DNA of 64,000 bases from Thermodesulfobacteriota bacterium (lineage in GTDB: Bacteria; Desulfobacterota_D; UBA1144; Nemesobacterales; UBA2774), in contig OZ244197.1 in the NCBI GenBank assembly GCA_965216785.1, positions 2,144,001 to 2,208,000 on the forward strand, read 5' to 3'. Of this stretch, positions 1 to 9,494 are shown piece by piece; positions within the stretch are counted from its first letter, which is position 1, and every line of letters starts with the position of its first letter. The notes beneath the pieces were generated by a model. The model saw only the letters and a program-made list of their open reading frames with translations, did no database searches and was not told the origin of the DNA. The position numbers and the translations under genes are program-made.

Positions 1-239
1 GTTTCTATTATCTCTTCGACTGTCTTTCTCATTTATTTTCCTCCCTTGCCGTTGCGGCGGAAATCGACAGAGTTGTTTTTACTAAAAAGCATACTTGCCA
101 TAATGCACATGTTGTGCTTTAATATAATTACTAACTCCACAATATGTGTATATATCTTCATGGTGCACATTATAATGCACGTATGATGTGATTGCAAGTG
201 GAATATGTGAAAAATTAAAATTAGGGTCGGAGGTACATT

Positions 240-473
240 ATGAGTGAAGGAAGATTTAGAGTGTCGGGGGAGCTTTTCAAGGGGATACTTACACAAATGG
301 ATACACTATCAAGAAAACAGCTTATGCAGCTTCAAGAGGAGGGGAAGGGGGTCGTGCCCGAGCTCTGTTCACCCGCTTTCTATCACGTCGTGCTGGTACT
401 GGAAGACCTGGCAAAAGTAGAGCTTGTGAACCGAGACCTGATGGATGATCAAAGCCCGGACAGCCGCCAGTAG
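240..473 (+). CDS. Small hypothetical protein (77 aa)
   Basis: GGAGG RBS directly upstream of the ATG; AT-rich promoter region; no recognised motif. Confidence 0.6.
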   Translation: MSEGRFRVSGELFKGILTQMDTLSRKQLMQLQEEGKGVVPELCSPAFYHVVLVLEDLAKVELVNRDLMDDQSPDSRQ

Positions 474-526
474 CAGCTTTAGCGGCGGGGCCTCTTTTCG
501 GTTACAGGTGTAGTTGCGTGCTAAAG

Positions 527-1336
527 CTATGAATTTGCTATTAGGGCTACCGGTCTTACAGGAGATCCTGTACCGCCTTTTATTTTCAGCGGCGAAGCAA
601 AGAAAATGAACTCTTTATGTCCCGAGCTCACAAGCGGCTCGAGGTTGAGATTCTCGAAAATGTATATGCCTGCCCGGACTATAAGCAGAACATGACCGGG
701 GCCATTGCAATCAAGCTCGCGGTCGTATTCCGTAGGCTCGTCCCATCCGAAGTTGTCGGCCCCAACCGCCAGCACTTTTTTCCCCGCGATCACGCGGGAG
801 GCAGAGGCTCCGACGCCGGGACAATCTAGGAAGCGCTCGCGGTCGTGCCAGAAACGGTAGCTCCCGAGGTTTACCAGCACGACGCTGCCGGGATGTATGG
901 TAAGCCCGTCTTTTCTGCAGCACTGCTCAATATCCTCCGGAGTAACCCTGTATTTGGGCTCGAGTGACTCCACACCCTTAAGAGCCGCTATGTCGAGAAG
1001 AATGCCCGGGGCTAGTACTATGGGAAGGTGCTCAGCTCCGTTTACAGTGAAGCCGCCCTTGGTCTCGGTCTCTTCAGTCACCGCCGCGCCGCCGTACATT
1101 ACTCCTTTCTCTGCCTGATGGCTGAGTGCGTCCATGTGAGTGCCCGAGTGCTCGTTCCCGCTATAATTGCCCCAGGCGCTCGTGCGCGTACCCTGTTTTC
1201 GAGCGTCGGTATCTTCGTGCCTGTGGGCAATCTCATAGCCGTATACAGGTTTGTGCCCGGCCATTTCAGGCATTCCTACCACTCGGGTGTGCTCGAGGTC
1301 AAGAATCTTAAATTGCGTTAAGTCGGGCAGCGCCAT
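527..1336 (-). CDS. Cyclase family metal-dependent hydrolase (kynurenine formamidase-like)
   Basis: HSGTHMDA motif, GIYIFENLNL and C-terminal PLKIKGGTGSPVRP signature. Confidence 0.9.
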   Translation of the reverse strand: MALPDLTQFKILDLEHTRVVGMPEMAGHKPVYGYEIAHRHEDTDARKQGTRTSAWGNYSGNEHSGTHMDALSHQAEKGVMYGGAAVTEETETKGGFTVNGAEHLPIVLAPGILLDIAALKGVESLEPKYRVTPEDIEQCCRKDGLTIHPGSVVLVNLGSYRFWHDRERFLDCPGVGASASRVIAGKKVLAVGADNFGWDEPTEYDRELDCNGPGHVLLIVRAGIYIFENLNLEPLVSSGHKEFIFFASPLKIKGGTGSPVRPVALIANS

Positions 1337-1494
1337 TGTTGTCCTCCGAAGGGTCTTATTTATACTATAATATATAGAACTTTACGGGATATATATCAAC
1401 CAAGGCTCATATGGAGATAGCAAAATAGCTATTCACCGTCTATAATATCAAAGCCGGAATTGAAGAGGACATTCTTAAGCTAAGAGGGAACTGA

Positions 1495-1956
1495 ATGAAT
1501 AAAAATTTTACATACGCGGCGCTTTTGATTGTGGCAATCGGGTTGATCGGGATATATGTGCTAGACATCAGGAAGTCTGAAGATGCGGACACCCAGGTTA
1601 ATGTCAGTTCCGATAACCTTCAGAATGAGCAGGCAAGTACAGAGGGAGATGTGATAAACGTAGACGAAGAGATTGAGCGGACGAAACACCTTCAGGCGGG
1701 AAGGAAGGAGATAATGGACGGGATGCTGGAGGGCGGGCTTGCCTCAAGAATCGAGAACCCCTCGGGCTCTCCCTTTATATATGTGATGGAACCCTTTTAT
1801 CTGTTGTCTACAGACGAGCAGGTCTCTCTTTTGAACGTCATTTTATACTACTATATGACAGAGGACAGAGACTCTGACGTGCTCACAATATTCAGCGACG
1901 AGACCGGGCAGGAGATCGGCACTTACACCCCCTCGGGGCTCCTGATGGGAGAGTAG
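1495..1956 (+). CDS. Membrane-anchored hypothetical protein
   Basis: N-terminal hydrophobic helix; GAGGG RBS. Confidence 0.7.
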   Translation: MNKNFTYAALLIVAIGLIGIYVLDIRKSEDADTQVNVSSDNLQNEQASTEGDVINVDEEIERTKHLQAGRKEIMDGMLEGGLASRIENPSGSPFIYVMEPFYLLSTDEQVSLLNVILYYYMTEDRDSDVLTIFSDETGQEIGTYTPSGLLMGE

Positions 1957-2067
1957 GGGATTTTGTACAGTTAGACTTACGTAAGCCCGCGGCGCGCACT
2001 TTCAAGGAACGGTTTGTAAATTCATAATATATTGATATTGCCCTCGTAAATAGTATATAATCAGCAT

Positions 2068-2820
2068 ATGGATACCTTCTGCAGCTTTGATAATACGGAA
2101 CTTGCGTATGTGGATTCGGGCGGAGAAGGGGAGGCCATGATACTGCTGCACGGCTTTACTGCAAGCTCTAAGCTGAACTGGGTCGATACGGGTGTCTACA
2201 AAGCTCTCAAACAGAGCGGAAGAAGAGTCATTATGCTCGACGCCAGAGGGCACGGAGACTCTGAAAAACCTCACAACTCATACTCTTACTGGAACCGCGC
2301 GATGGCAAAGGACGTAAATTCTCTCGGGGAGCACCTGAGTTTGTATGAGTACGATCTGATGGGATATTCCATGGGCGCTAAGACCGCTATTGAGGCCGAG
2401 CTCATGTATTCGGGCATAAGGAGCCTGATATTGGTTGGGCTCTCGATTTATGAAGACGGATGGACGCTCGGGAGTGATGAGCGTGAGGCGAGAGTGCGCA
2501 ACATGCTCGAAGAATATCCTGAGGAGCCGGATGCTTACAGGATTAGCGCGGATGAAACAGGTGGGGATAGAGAGGCATTCGCCGCAAGACTCGAGGGCGC
2601 CATTTTCCCGGAGTTCATCCAGGACGATCTGAAGAAGATACACCTGCCGATACTGATCATAAACGGCGAGAACGACTACAGCGCGGTGGAAGCCGCTTCA
2701 TATTTCCCCAGTGCCAGGGGCGTTACTATAGAGGGTGACCACCTGAGCGTGCTGACAAACGAGCGTTTGAGCCGCGAGGCGCTGACGTTTCTGGATTTGT
2801 TTGAGGGTGAGGTGTCGTGA
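2068..2820 (+). CDS. Alpha/beta fold hydrolase
   Basis: LLHGF, DARGHGDS, GYSMG nucleophile elbow, C-terminal GDH. Confidence 0.9.
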   Translation: MDTFCSFDNTELAYVDSGGEGEAMILLHGFTASSKLNWVDTGVYKALKQSGRRVIMLDARGHGDSEKPHNSYSYWNRAMAKDVNSLGEHLSLYEYDLMGYSMGAKTAIEAELMYSGIRSLILVGLSIYEDGWTLGSDEREARVRNMLEEYPEEPDAYRISADETGGDREAFAARLEGAIFPEFIQDDLKKIHLPILIINGENDYSAVEAASYFPSARGVTIEGDHLSVLTNERLSREALTFLDLFEGEVS

Positions 2821-2912
2821 CACCTCTCTGATATATCCCACAGAAAAAAGAACTCTTTTATGGCTTCACCCCTCGACAGACGGCTCCATCGGAGCCTCGG
2901 GGCGGCTTAGAA

Positions 2913-3572
2913 TTAATTCGCCTCGGCTTTTTCTTCCTCACCTTTTTCTTCTTGTGTACTTTCTTCCGCTGGCTCGTCGGGGATGCTCTTTAAGAAAGTT
3001 ATGGTCAGGTAGCAGTTCTCACCGTCGCCTCTGAACACGAGCTGAATGTCTGAGCCCGGGTAGTTCCACTGGGACCCGTAAATAAGGCTGCCGTCACATA
3101 CCGCCTGACCTTTGTTCTCGGGGTCGATTTGCGCGGAAGGGTTCATCTCTACAATCTTGTCAATTGCGGGAGGGCCCTTAGCTTCTACCATTCTTTCTTT
3201 TAGCTGCTCGTACGCTTGTATATACTCGTTCTTATCCTCATATTCTTTAAGGAAGTAATAACCTCCGCGGATCAGCTTGTCGTTCTGGAATTTGTAATTA
3301 GCCTGTGCCTGCAGCTCGCCAATAAACGTACGGTATTCGATCGAATTCTCATTGTCGAAAATAAGCTTGCTGCGCTCGCTTGCCATTACCTCTTCTTTTG
3401 ACATTCCCCAGCGGGCTTTTCTGAAATCAAACTCGGGTCTTTTCGTATGATCGACTCCTTCTTGAGCGCCGTCATTCTGAGCATTTTCCTCTGCCCCCTG
3501 CTCGCCGCCCGAGCACGCGAATATGAAAATCGAAAGCGCGATAACTGATAAAAATCTTATGTAAGTTTTCAA
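2913..3572 (-). CDS. Lipoprotein, hypothetical (paralog of 6163-6861)
   Basis: Lipobox IFAC; shared DFRxxxWGMSK motif. Confidence 0.75.
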   Translation of the reverse strand: MKTYIRFLSVIALSIFIFACSGGEQGAEENAQNDGAQEGVDHTKRPEFDFRKARWGMSKEEVMASERSKLIFDNENSIEYRTFIGELQAQANYKFQNDKLIRGGYYFLKEYEDKNEYIQAYEQLKERMVEAKGPPAIDKIVEMNPSAQIDPENKGQAVCDGSLIYGSQWNYPGSDIQLVFRGDGENCYLTITFLKSIPDEPAEESTQEEKGEEEKAEAN

Positions 3573-4102
3573 ATTTTTCTCCTCCCGGATTTGTAAGGCT
3601 CAATTTAATAGGTGCTATATTTTACCTAACTTTTTCCGAAATCAACCGCTGAATTTAACGTCGCGAATAAAAATGTAGCTGTGGAACACATAACTTAGCC
3701 TCACAGCTCCTTGGATTTAAAGCAGTAAGCTGAGGATTTAAGCTAAGAGTCAAAAAAACTATATTATAAAAAGTTATTAAACCTAACCGTAAATTTTGCT
3801 GTGACTGTTAGTAATGAAAAATATGATGCTCGGAGCAAAGTCCTAACCCTTTGCAATATAACAATGTTTGGAAGTAAGAATTTTAATTTTCAGCACTTGT
3901 GTGATTAATGATTGATAATTATGATGAATTGTGATAACATAATAGCAGATGATGGTAGGCGGAGGGAAAGGGCTCCAGGTAGTTATGCATTTTACCTGAC
4001 CCTTTGCTTCCTTGTCAGCAGCCGGTTCTTCATTATTTTGTGAAGCACGAAAGTGAAGAGCTTAAGCTTATTAATAAGAAAAAAATATTATCCCCTTCTC
4101 AA

Positions 4103-4143
4103 GCCTTCCTTTCTCCGTTAAATCGGAGGGGAGGGCTTTTTTT
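4103..4143 (+). terminator. Intrinsic terminator (copy 1 of twin motif)
   Basis: GC-rich hairpin CCTTCC..CTCCG/CGGAGGGAGGG followed by T-run. Confidence 0.65.
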
Positions 4144-4444
4144 ATATCGAAAAGATATCATTGTAAAGCTCAAAATAAATAATGACAAATAAATAGAATT
4201 TATGCTATAATGACAATATCTGACGGCTACGTGAGAAGCAGCCCAAAGGCGATTAAAGAACATAAATTTATTTGTTGCTAAATCTCATCTGTGAGGGGAT
4301 AGTAGGGTTTGGTTAGGGGAGTAGTCTCTTTTTTTTAAAGAAGTCTCCTTTAATCTTTAATTATAAGCAGAGAAGCAACTTACTTAGATCGGCGGTTTTA
4401 GAGAGTGGAATAGAAAGGACCAACGTTTTATATCCCCTTCTCAA

Positions 4445-4486
4445 GCCTTCCTCTCTTCGTTAACCCGGAGGGGGGAGGGTTTTTTT
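4445..4486 (+). terminator. Intrinsic terminator (copy 2 of twin motif)
   Basis: Homologous hairpin followed by T-run. Confidence 0.65.
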
Positions 4487-4519
4487 ATTTGTGAGCGCTC
4501 AATATATATGATCTCTGTA

Positions 4520-4634
4520 TTTTGATTAATTCCCCCGGATCGTGCTTCGCACTCCCGTCCGTCCCCACTGCCTCTGTCTCCTGATTTTATACCTGCCCCG
4601 GCATCGCTGTGAAGCGCTCGCCTCTGTCCCCATT
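4520..4634 (-). repeat. GGGGACAGAGGCGAGCG..GCGATGCC repeat family, dispersed copy
   Basis: Reverse complement matches the units and linkers at 17443-17640 and 20795-20940. Confidence 0.85.
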
Positions 4635-4974
4635 AAGGCTCGTCGCGGAACATGTAGGGGGTTTTGCCGGTGGTGCATTCCTCAAAGAATTTAATAATGT
4701 TCTTTTCATACAGGTGCAGAAACCTCGTCAGTATCTCGAAGCGTCTCGCGGTAAGCTTGGTTTTGCAGAGCACTTCGAGCTCGCCCCCGTTCTTGACCTC
4801 TCCGTAAAGCTCGGCCAAAGCCTCGCCGGGCTCCATCCTGTGGCTCACATGGAACCAGCAGTTGATGTCGCCGTTTATTATGACATTTATATCGTCTATG
4901 ACGAGTATAATCTCACCAAGCGTAATTGAGTTGTTTTCCATCCCTTCATTGACCCTGATTAAAAGTTGCTGCAC
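4633..4974 (-). CDS. Hypothetical protein
   Basis: 113-aa ORF with protein-like composition; start uncertain. Confidence 0.55.
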   Translation of the reverse strand: MQQLLIRVNEGMENNSITLGEIILVIDDINVIINGDINCWFHVSHRMEPGEALAELYGEVKNGGELEVLCKTKLTARRFEILTRFLHLYEKNIIKFFEECTTGKTPYMFRDEP

Positions 4975-5114
4975 TCAGCCCTGTACGACCAACATAAATA
5001 TATATCAGCCATATGGGAATATCTACGCTTGGGGGTTATAAGCTGCGGGGCAAACGGGCGCCTATGGTGTCGGAGCTTTCGGAGACCTCCGGGGTGTGGT
5101 GAAAAAATATCTTC

Positions 5115-5297
5115 TTATTCGTTTCCGGGCTCATTTAGCTCGGGGTTTGCCTGCTCGACCAGCTCGGTGTCGGCTGAGTCCTGAAGCGCCAGAAAGTAGA
5201 CGCACATGACTACAACTCCAAGAATAATAAGAAGGATAAACGCTTTTTTTCTTCCTCTTCCAGTATGAGTGGTTCTGTGTTTCTTGCTGTGCTTCAT
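5115..5297 (-). CDS. Small single-pass membrane protein
   Basis: Basic N-terminus, TM helix, acidic tail; AGGA RBS. Confidence 0.6.
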   Translation of the reverse strand: MKHSKKHRTTHTGRGRKKAFILLIILGVVVMCVYFLALQDSADTELVEQANPELNEPGNE

Positions 5298-5412
5298 CTA
5301 CATCCTTCCTGTGCTGTAAATAGATTTAGTGCGATTACTATATCTAAAAATATGGGAAATCCATATTCTTCTTTTATACGATTCCGGCTGTCCGAACAGT
5401 AGCCGGCAACTG

Positions 5413-6066
5413 CTATTGAGGCGGGTCGGGCGGCGCTTCGTTTTCGCTCTTTAACCTTACGAGATTAATGTCCTTAACGCAGTCAGACACGGCTGGGTAG
5501 GTGTTGTTATGCTTGTCCTTACAGTAATTCTTAATGCACCATTCGTTTCCCTCGCACTGTGTTATGACAAGTTTCGCGAGGTTTGTGTAGATTGTTTCCG
5601 AGCAGTAGGAAGTCCACTCCGGATCGGGAGCGCCCTGGTAGCCTGATGAGCACTTTTCATGTACGCAGACCATGTCCTCGCCGCATAGGGCTGAAATGTC
5701 GTTAATGCGCCTCTGCTTTATCTGAAACTCCTCTATATCTTCCTGCCTCTTCTGCTCAAGCTCAGCCTGCTGCTCCTCGATGGCGCTGTCACGTTTGTTC
5801 TTTGCTAATGCAGTTGCTCCGGGCCTGTCGGTAAGAAGCTCTTCCCAGAAATACACCGTGACCGGGTTGCCCTCGGGCCCGTTTTCCGAATGCGCGCTCT
5901 TTACCCATACGCGTCCCGAGCGTGCGTCAATTTTGTGAACCGTAGATCCGTCCGATGAGACGTTTAGAGAGTAGCGGTTGCCCAGGGGGCCTGAGGCGAA
6001 TATTATGTAGCCGATTACTATGCCCACGATAATACCGATTAAGTAGGGTATGAAGTTTTTATGCAT
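5413..6066 (-). CDS. Membrane-anchored protein with coiled coil and Cys-rich C-terminal domain
   Basis: N-terminal TM; 8 Cys in two similar blocks (CGEDMVCVHEKC / CEGNEWCIKNYC). Confidence 0.7.
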   Translation of the reverse strand: MHKNFIPYLIGIIVGIVIGYIIFASGPLGNRYSLNVSSDGSTVHKIDARSGRVWVKSAHSENGPEGNPVTVYFWEELLTDRPGATALAKNKRDSAIEEQQAELEQKRQEDIEEFQIKQRRINDISALCGEDMVCVHEKCSSGYQGAPDPEWTSYCSETIYTNLAKLVITQCEGNEWCIKNYCKDKHNNTYPAVSDCVKDINLVRLKSENEAPPDPPQ

Positions 6067-6162
6067 ATCCCGGTCCTGGAGTTGTATTGCTCTTCTTCCT
6101 TATTAACTTACAACACTTTACCTGATTTATGGAAAAAAATGCAGGAGCCGTAATCGGGTTCT

Positions 6163-6861
6163 TTACAGCACTTCGTGCAGCTGGTCGCGGAGTACGGGGT
6201 CGATCTCTACGTCCGTACTCTCGTAGAAAATAGAAAGGTTGCAGTCAAGCTCGGAGCTGAATTTCTTTTTGTCGAGCTCAAGCGATACGTTCGTCTTCTT
6301 TCCGTCGGTAGGCCAAATGTGCTTGAGTACGTATTCCCCTCCGCATATATCCTTAGGGGTCTCATAGGGGTTGGGTCTGGGCGTTTCTCCGGTGGGGTAT
6401 TCGGCCACTCCCCGGGCGGGCACGCCGATGGTCTCAGACACTTTCCTGGACTTGTCTTTAAAGAGCTCGATATAATCCTCGGGCTCGGGCAGGCTCTCGC
6501 GAAGGTGTATGACGGCCATCCCGAGTTTGCCTTTGCCGAATACGTAAAGGAGATCGTATTCGTAATGAATCGGAGTCACAACAGGATCACCGTTCTCTAG
6601 AACCTTCTCCTCCGCGTCCTCCGCCGGGACCTCGGGGCCGGCTATCTGAGTGCGTCCGCTCAGGTCGAGCATATCGCCCGTGATCCTGTATGTAAGAACG
6701 TTGTCTCCTTCCTTCACAAGCTCCGCGGTCTCTTTTTGCTTAACGTCTCTTTTGGACATGCCCCACTTTACTTCCCTGAAATCCGGTTTGTCCCAGAGCC
6801 CGCAGCCGCTTAGCGAGGAGAGGGTGAATATTAGCAATGTGAGCGCTGTAAGTTTTTTCAT
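6163..6861 (-). CDS. Lipoprotein, hypothetical (paralog of 2913-3572)
   Basis: Lipobox LSGC; KPDFREVKWGMSK. Confidence 0.75.
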   Translation of the reverse strand: MKKLTALTLLIFTLSSLSGCGLWDKPDFREVKWGMSKRDVKQKETAELVKEGDNVLTYRITGDMLDLSGRTQIAGPEVPAEDAEEKVLENGDPVVTPIHYEYDLLYVFGKGKLGMAVIHLRESLPEPEDYIELFKDKSRKVSETIGVPARGVAEYPTGETPRPNPYETPKDICGGEYVLKHIWPTDGKKTNVSLELDKKKFSSELDCNLSIFYESTDVEIDPVLRDQLHEVL

Positions 6862-7127
6862 AACTCATCCCAGGCCGGGTATAAAACAACAAATATTTTA
6901 TGGAAGATTCGGGGATGATGCAAGAAGCTGAATCAAGATTCACAATGGATATGTCAAATAGCCTATAATAATAGGGTGTTACCACAGATATATAATGTAA
7001 AATAAGAGGTTCCGGCTTCAAGGTAATCGAACAACAAAAGGGTTGTTAAATGCGGATACGTAAGAGTATAATAGGGAATAGTTAAATGGCGGATGATGTA
7101 TTAAAACACCTAAAAAGAGGGATCGAT

Positions 7128-7379
7128 ATGCTGTTTCATATTACGCAGACTCATACTCCGGACGACTGTCCGGTAGGCTCGGGGGGCTCGAGCACGCTGT
7201 ATAACCCAGAGGCCGAGGGCGCGGTGCTAAAGGCTATGTACGGGGCGTTTAGCGAGCACGTTATTTTTTACATTGTAGAGGCCGACAGCTTTAAAGCCGT
7301 AAACCAGTTTCTGCTGCCGGGGTTTAAGCACTGCACGTGCACAGTGACGCCTGTGGCCGAAGAGGCTCTGGCAAAATAG
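7128..7379 (+). CDS. Small hypothetical protein (GYD/DUF3303-like ferredoxin-fold)
   Basis: HTPDDCP, HVIFYIVEADS and VTPV pattern; GAGGG RBS before ATG 7128. Confidence 0.55.
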   Translation: MLFHITQTHTPDDCPVGSGGSSTLYNPEAEGAVLKAMYGAFSEHVIFYIVEADSFKAVNQFLLPGFKHCTCTVTPVAEEALAK

Positions 7380-7418
7380 CTGTAATAGTTGAAGGGGTAA
7401 TTTATAGCGTTAAGAAAA

Positions 7419-7517
7419 CCCCCGTTCATACTTAGACTTGCTCAGCATGAACGGGGTTATAGTTTTAGTTGATAACTGCAAGAGATTGCTTCGGTCACGG
7501 TGTTCCCCCGCAATGAC
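7419..7517. repeat. Composite REP-like cluster (CCCGTTCAT..ATGAACGGG plus GAGATTGC..GCAATGAC)
   Basis: Palindromes recurring at 44795, 57517, 57879 and 59510; lies between convergent genes. Confidence 0.75.
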
Positions 7518-7529
7518 GATATATGTTGA

Positions 7530-8141
7530 CTAATCGTCATCTCTTTTATACGTGATCTCCATCTGGCGGAATTCCTTGCCGTCCGCGCCCGAGGTGTAAA
7601 GCTCGTAGGTGTGGTTGTCATTATCGATAATAGTCGTTACGCCCCTGTACGTTCTATCTTCCCCTGTCATAGCATCTGTATAGCTTCCGGTTTCGGTTAG
7701 CTGCTTCTTTTCAGCATCGTAGCTGCCGGTGCCGGTCATCATTCCGGTGCCCATCGAGTCGATCCAGACGTTCGTATACACTTTTTTTACGTTATCATAG
7801 CCCATGATGCCGAGTCCCTCGAATTTCTGGCCCATCGATGTGCCATCGACGTCGGCCTCGATGAAGCGGCCGCCCATGATCCATTTTACCTCGTTCTCAC
7901 CTGTCGAGACGGCAGGCTCCGTGCCGGGCGCGTTCCACCATTTTACTGTGTAGTCCCAGTCGCCTACAAAATGATCGAGCACCTTATGTGCGTCTCCAGG
8001 AGTCGAATACTCATGCCACTTGGCCATCATCTCTTTTTCCGCGTCACTCATCTTTTTCTCGTCCGCCGAGGCCTGGTGGAGCGGTACTAGTGCGGAAATA
8101 ACCATCGTTACTGCAACTGCCAGAGTAAGAAACATTTTCAT
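7530..8141 (-). CDS. DUF1579 family secreted protein
   Basis: TPGDAHKVL, GGRF, GYDN..KKVY..WIDSMGTG motifs; signal peptide; AGGAGG RBS before 8141. Confidence 0.85.
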   Translation of the reverse strand: MKMFLTLAVAVTMVISALVPLHQASADEKKMSDAEKEMMAKWHEYSTPGDAHKVLDHFVGDWDYTVKWWNAPGTEPAVSTGENEVKWIMGGRFIEADVDGTSMGQKFEGLGIMGYDNVKKVYTNVWIDSMGTGMMTGTGSYDAEKKQLTETGSYTDAMTGEDRTYRGVTTIIDNDNHTYELYTSGADGKEFRQMEITYKRDDD

Positions 8142-8388
8142 GATAATCCTCCTGCTTCGTTTTTTTATTAGTGAAAAGAATAACAGATAAAGACGGAGAT
8201 GAAACATATTTTTTTGAATATGAAATTATAAGAAAAAGTAGTCTGAATTTTTGTTGCACTTGCTAGTTTTGATTGTTGATGAGGGGCTATGATTAGACAT
8301 CACAAAAGAATTGTAATAAGGAACTATGATTTTTATCAATTTTAAAGTAAAATTGCATTTAGTCTTAGTTTAGAAGCAGGAGGCAAAA

Positions 8389-9411
8389 ATGAGAACATTT
8401 CTAATAGCAGGCTTGGTAACTGTAGCTTTTAGTTTTGGTTTGAGTCAAGTTGCGAGCGCGGTTTGCGTGCAGAACGGCAATACGCCCGAGGGTGGAAACA
8501 TAATCAACTGCCCGGGGCCGGTTCAGAACAGCCCGCTTAACACCGTAACCGTGCCTGGCACAACAAATCTGGCCGATGAAGTGAATATTCCCGAAGGCGG
8601 CGGACTTGATGTTGGTGCAGGCAGTGCCGTTGTAACAGATGACGGCAATGACAGGGTTACTACAAGCGGGGATGTAACAGGAGACGAAAGTGCTATCTTT
8701 ACGGGGCCTGGTGCTGATACAATTACTGTAAATGGGGGGAACTTGATTGCTGGTAGCCAACAGGCAATATGGTCAGGTGTGGGTGCAGATATAATCACGA
8801 TCAATGGAGGCTTTCTGGAGGGAGAAAATTCCCAAGCTATATTCTCTGATAGCGGAGATGACTTGATTACCGTAAATGCGGGCACCTTGGTAAGTGGTGG
8901 GAGTCAAGCCATGTTTACATCTGGCGGGAACGATATGGTTATCATAAACGGCGGTGTTCTCGATGCTTCCAATACTGATACTCAAATTATTTTTACAAGC
9001 AGTGAAAATGACACAGTCATATTAAACGGTGGTACTTATCTAAAGGGTAGTGATCAGGCCATCTTTTTGGGATCTCAAAATGACACTCTGACCTTTGGCG
9101 GAGATATTGACCTGGACGGATATGTTAATTGCGGCTCAGATTTCGATACTATCGTTTTTGCGATGGAAGTGCCGGAGGAAGCTGTGGGATTCTTCTCATC
9201 TAGAATCAACGGTGCCGACCCTGCTGGAGACAGCGTCGTTATTAACGATATTACCTATGAGTGGCAATTCTGCGAGCTGCTGGTGGCGGACCTTAACGGC
9301 GTCCGGGTAGCGAGACCGATACCTACGCTTTCCGAGTGGGGGCTGATCGCGATGGCGGGAGTGCTGGGGATAGTAGGGCTCATGGCTGTGAGAAGGAGAG
9401 TGGCTGCTTAG
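8389..9411 (+). CDS. IPTL-CTERM surface protein with Gly/Asp-rich beta-helix-like repeats
   Basis: Signal peptide; repeated AIFTGxGxDxITxNGG; C-terminal IPTLSEWG-TM-RRR. Confidence 0.9.
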   Translation: MRTFLIAGLVTVAFSFGLSQVASAVCVQNGNTPEGGNIINCPGPVQNSPLNTVTVPGTTNLADEVNIPEGGGLDVGAGSAVVTDDGNDRVTTSGDVTGDESAIFTGPGADTITVNGGNLIAGSQQAIWSGVGADIITINGGFLEGENSQAIFSDSGDDLITVNAGTLVSGGSQAMFTSGGNDMVIINGGVLDASNTDTQIIFTSSENDTVILNGGTYLKGSDQAIFLGSQNDTLTFGGDIDLDGYVNCGSDFDTIVFAMEVPEEAVGFFSSRINGADPAGDSVVINDITYEWQFCELLVADLNGVRVARPIPTLSEWGLIAMAGVLGIVGLMAVRRRVAA

Positions 9412-9494
9412 CGGGAAATAGGATTAAAAGATTAGATCCGAACATCTGTTAGAATTTATGATAGTTAAAGCTTTATAGTAAACTGATTAATGGA

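Noticed and set aside
4004-4192. 62-aa ORF
   Set aside because: TTG start without an RBS, and it reads through a terminator hairpin.
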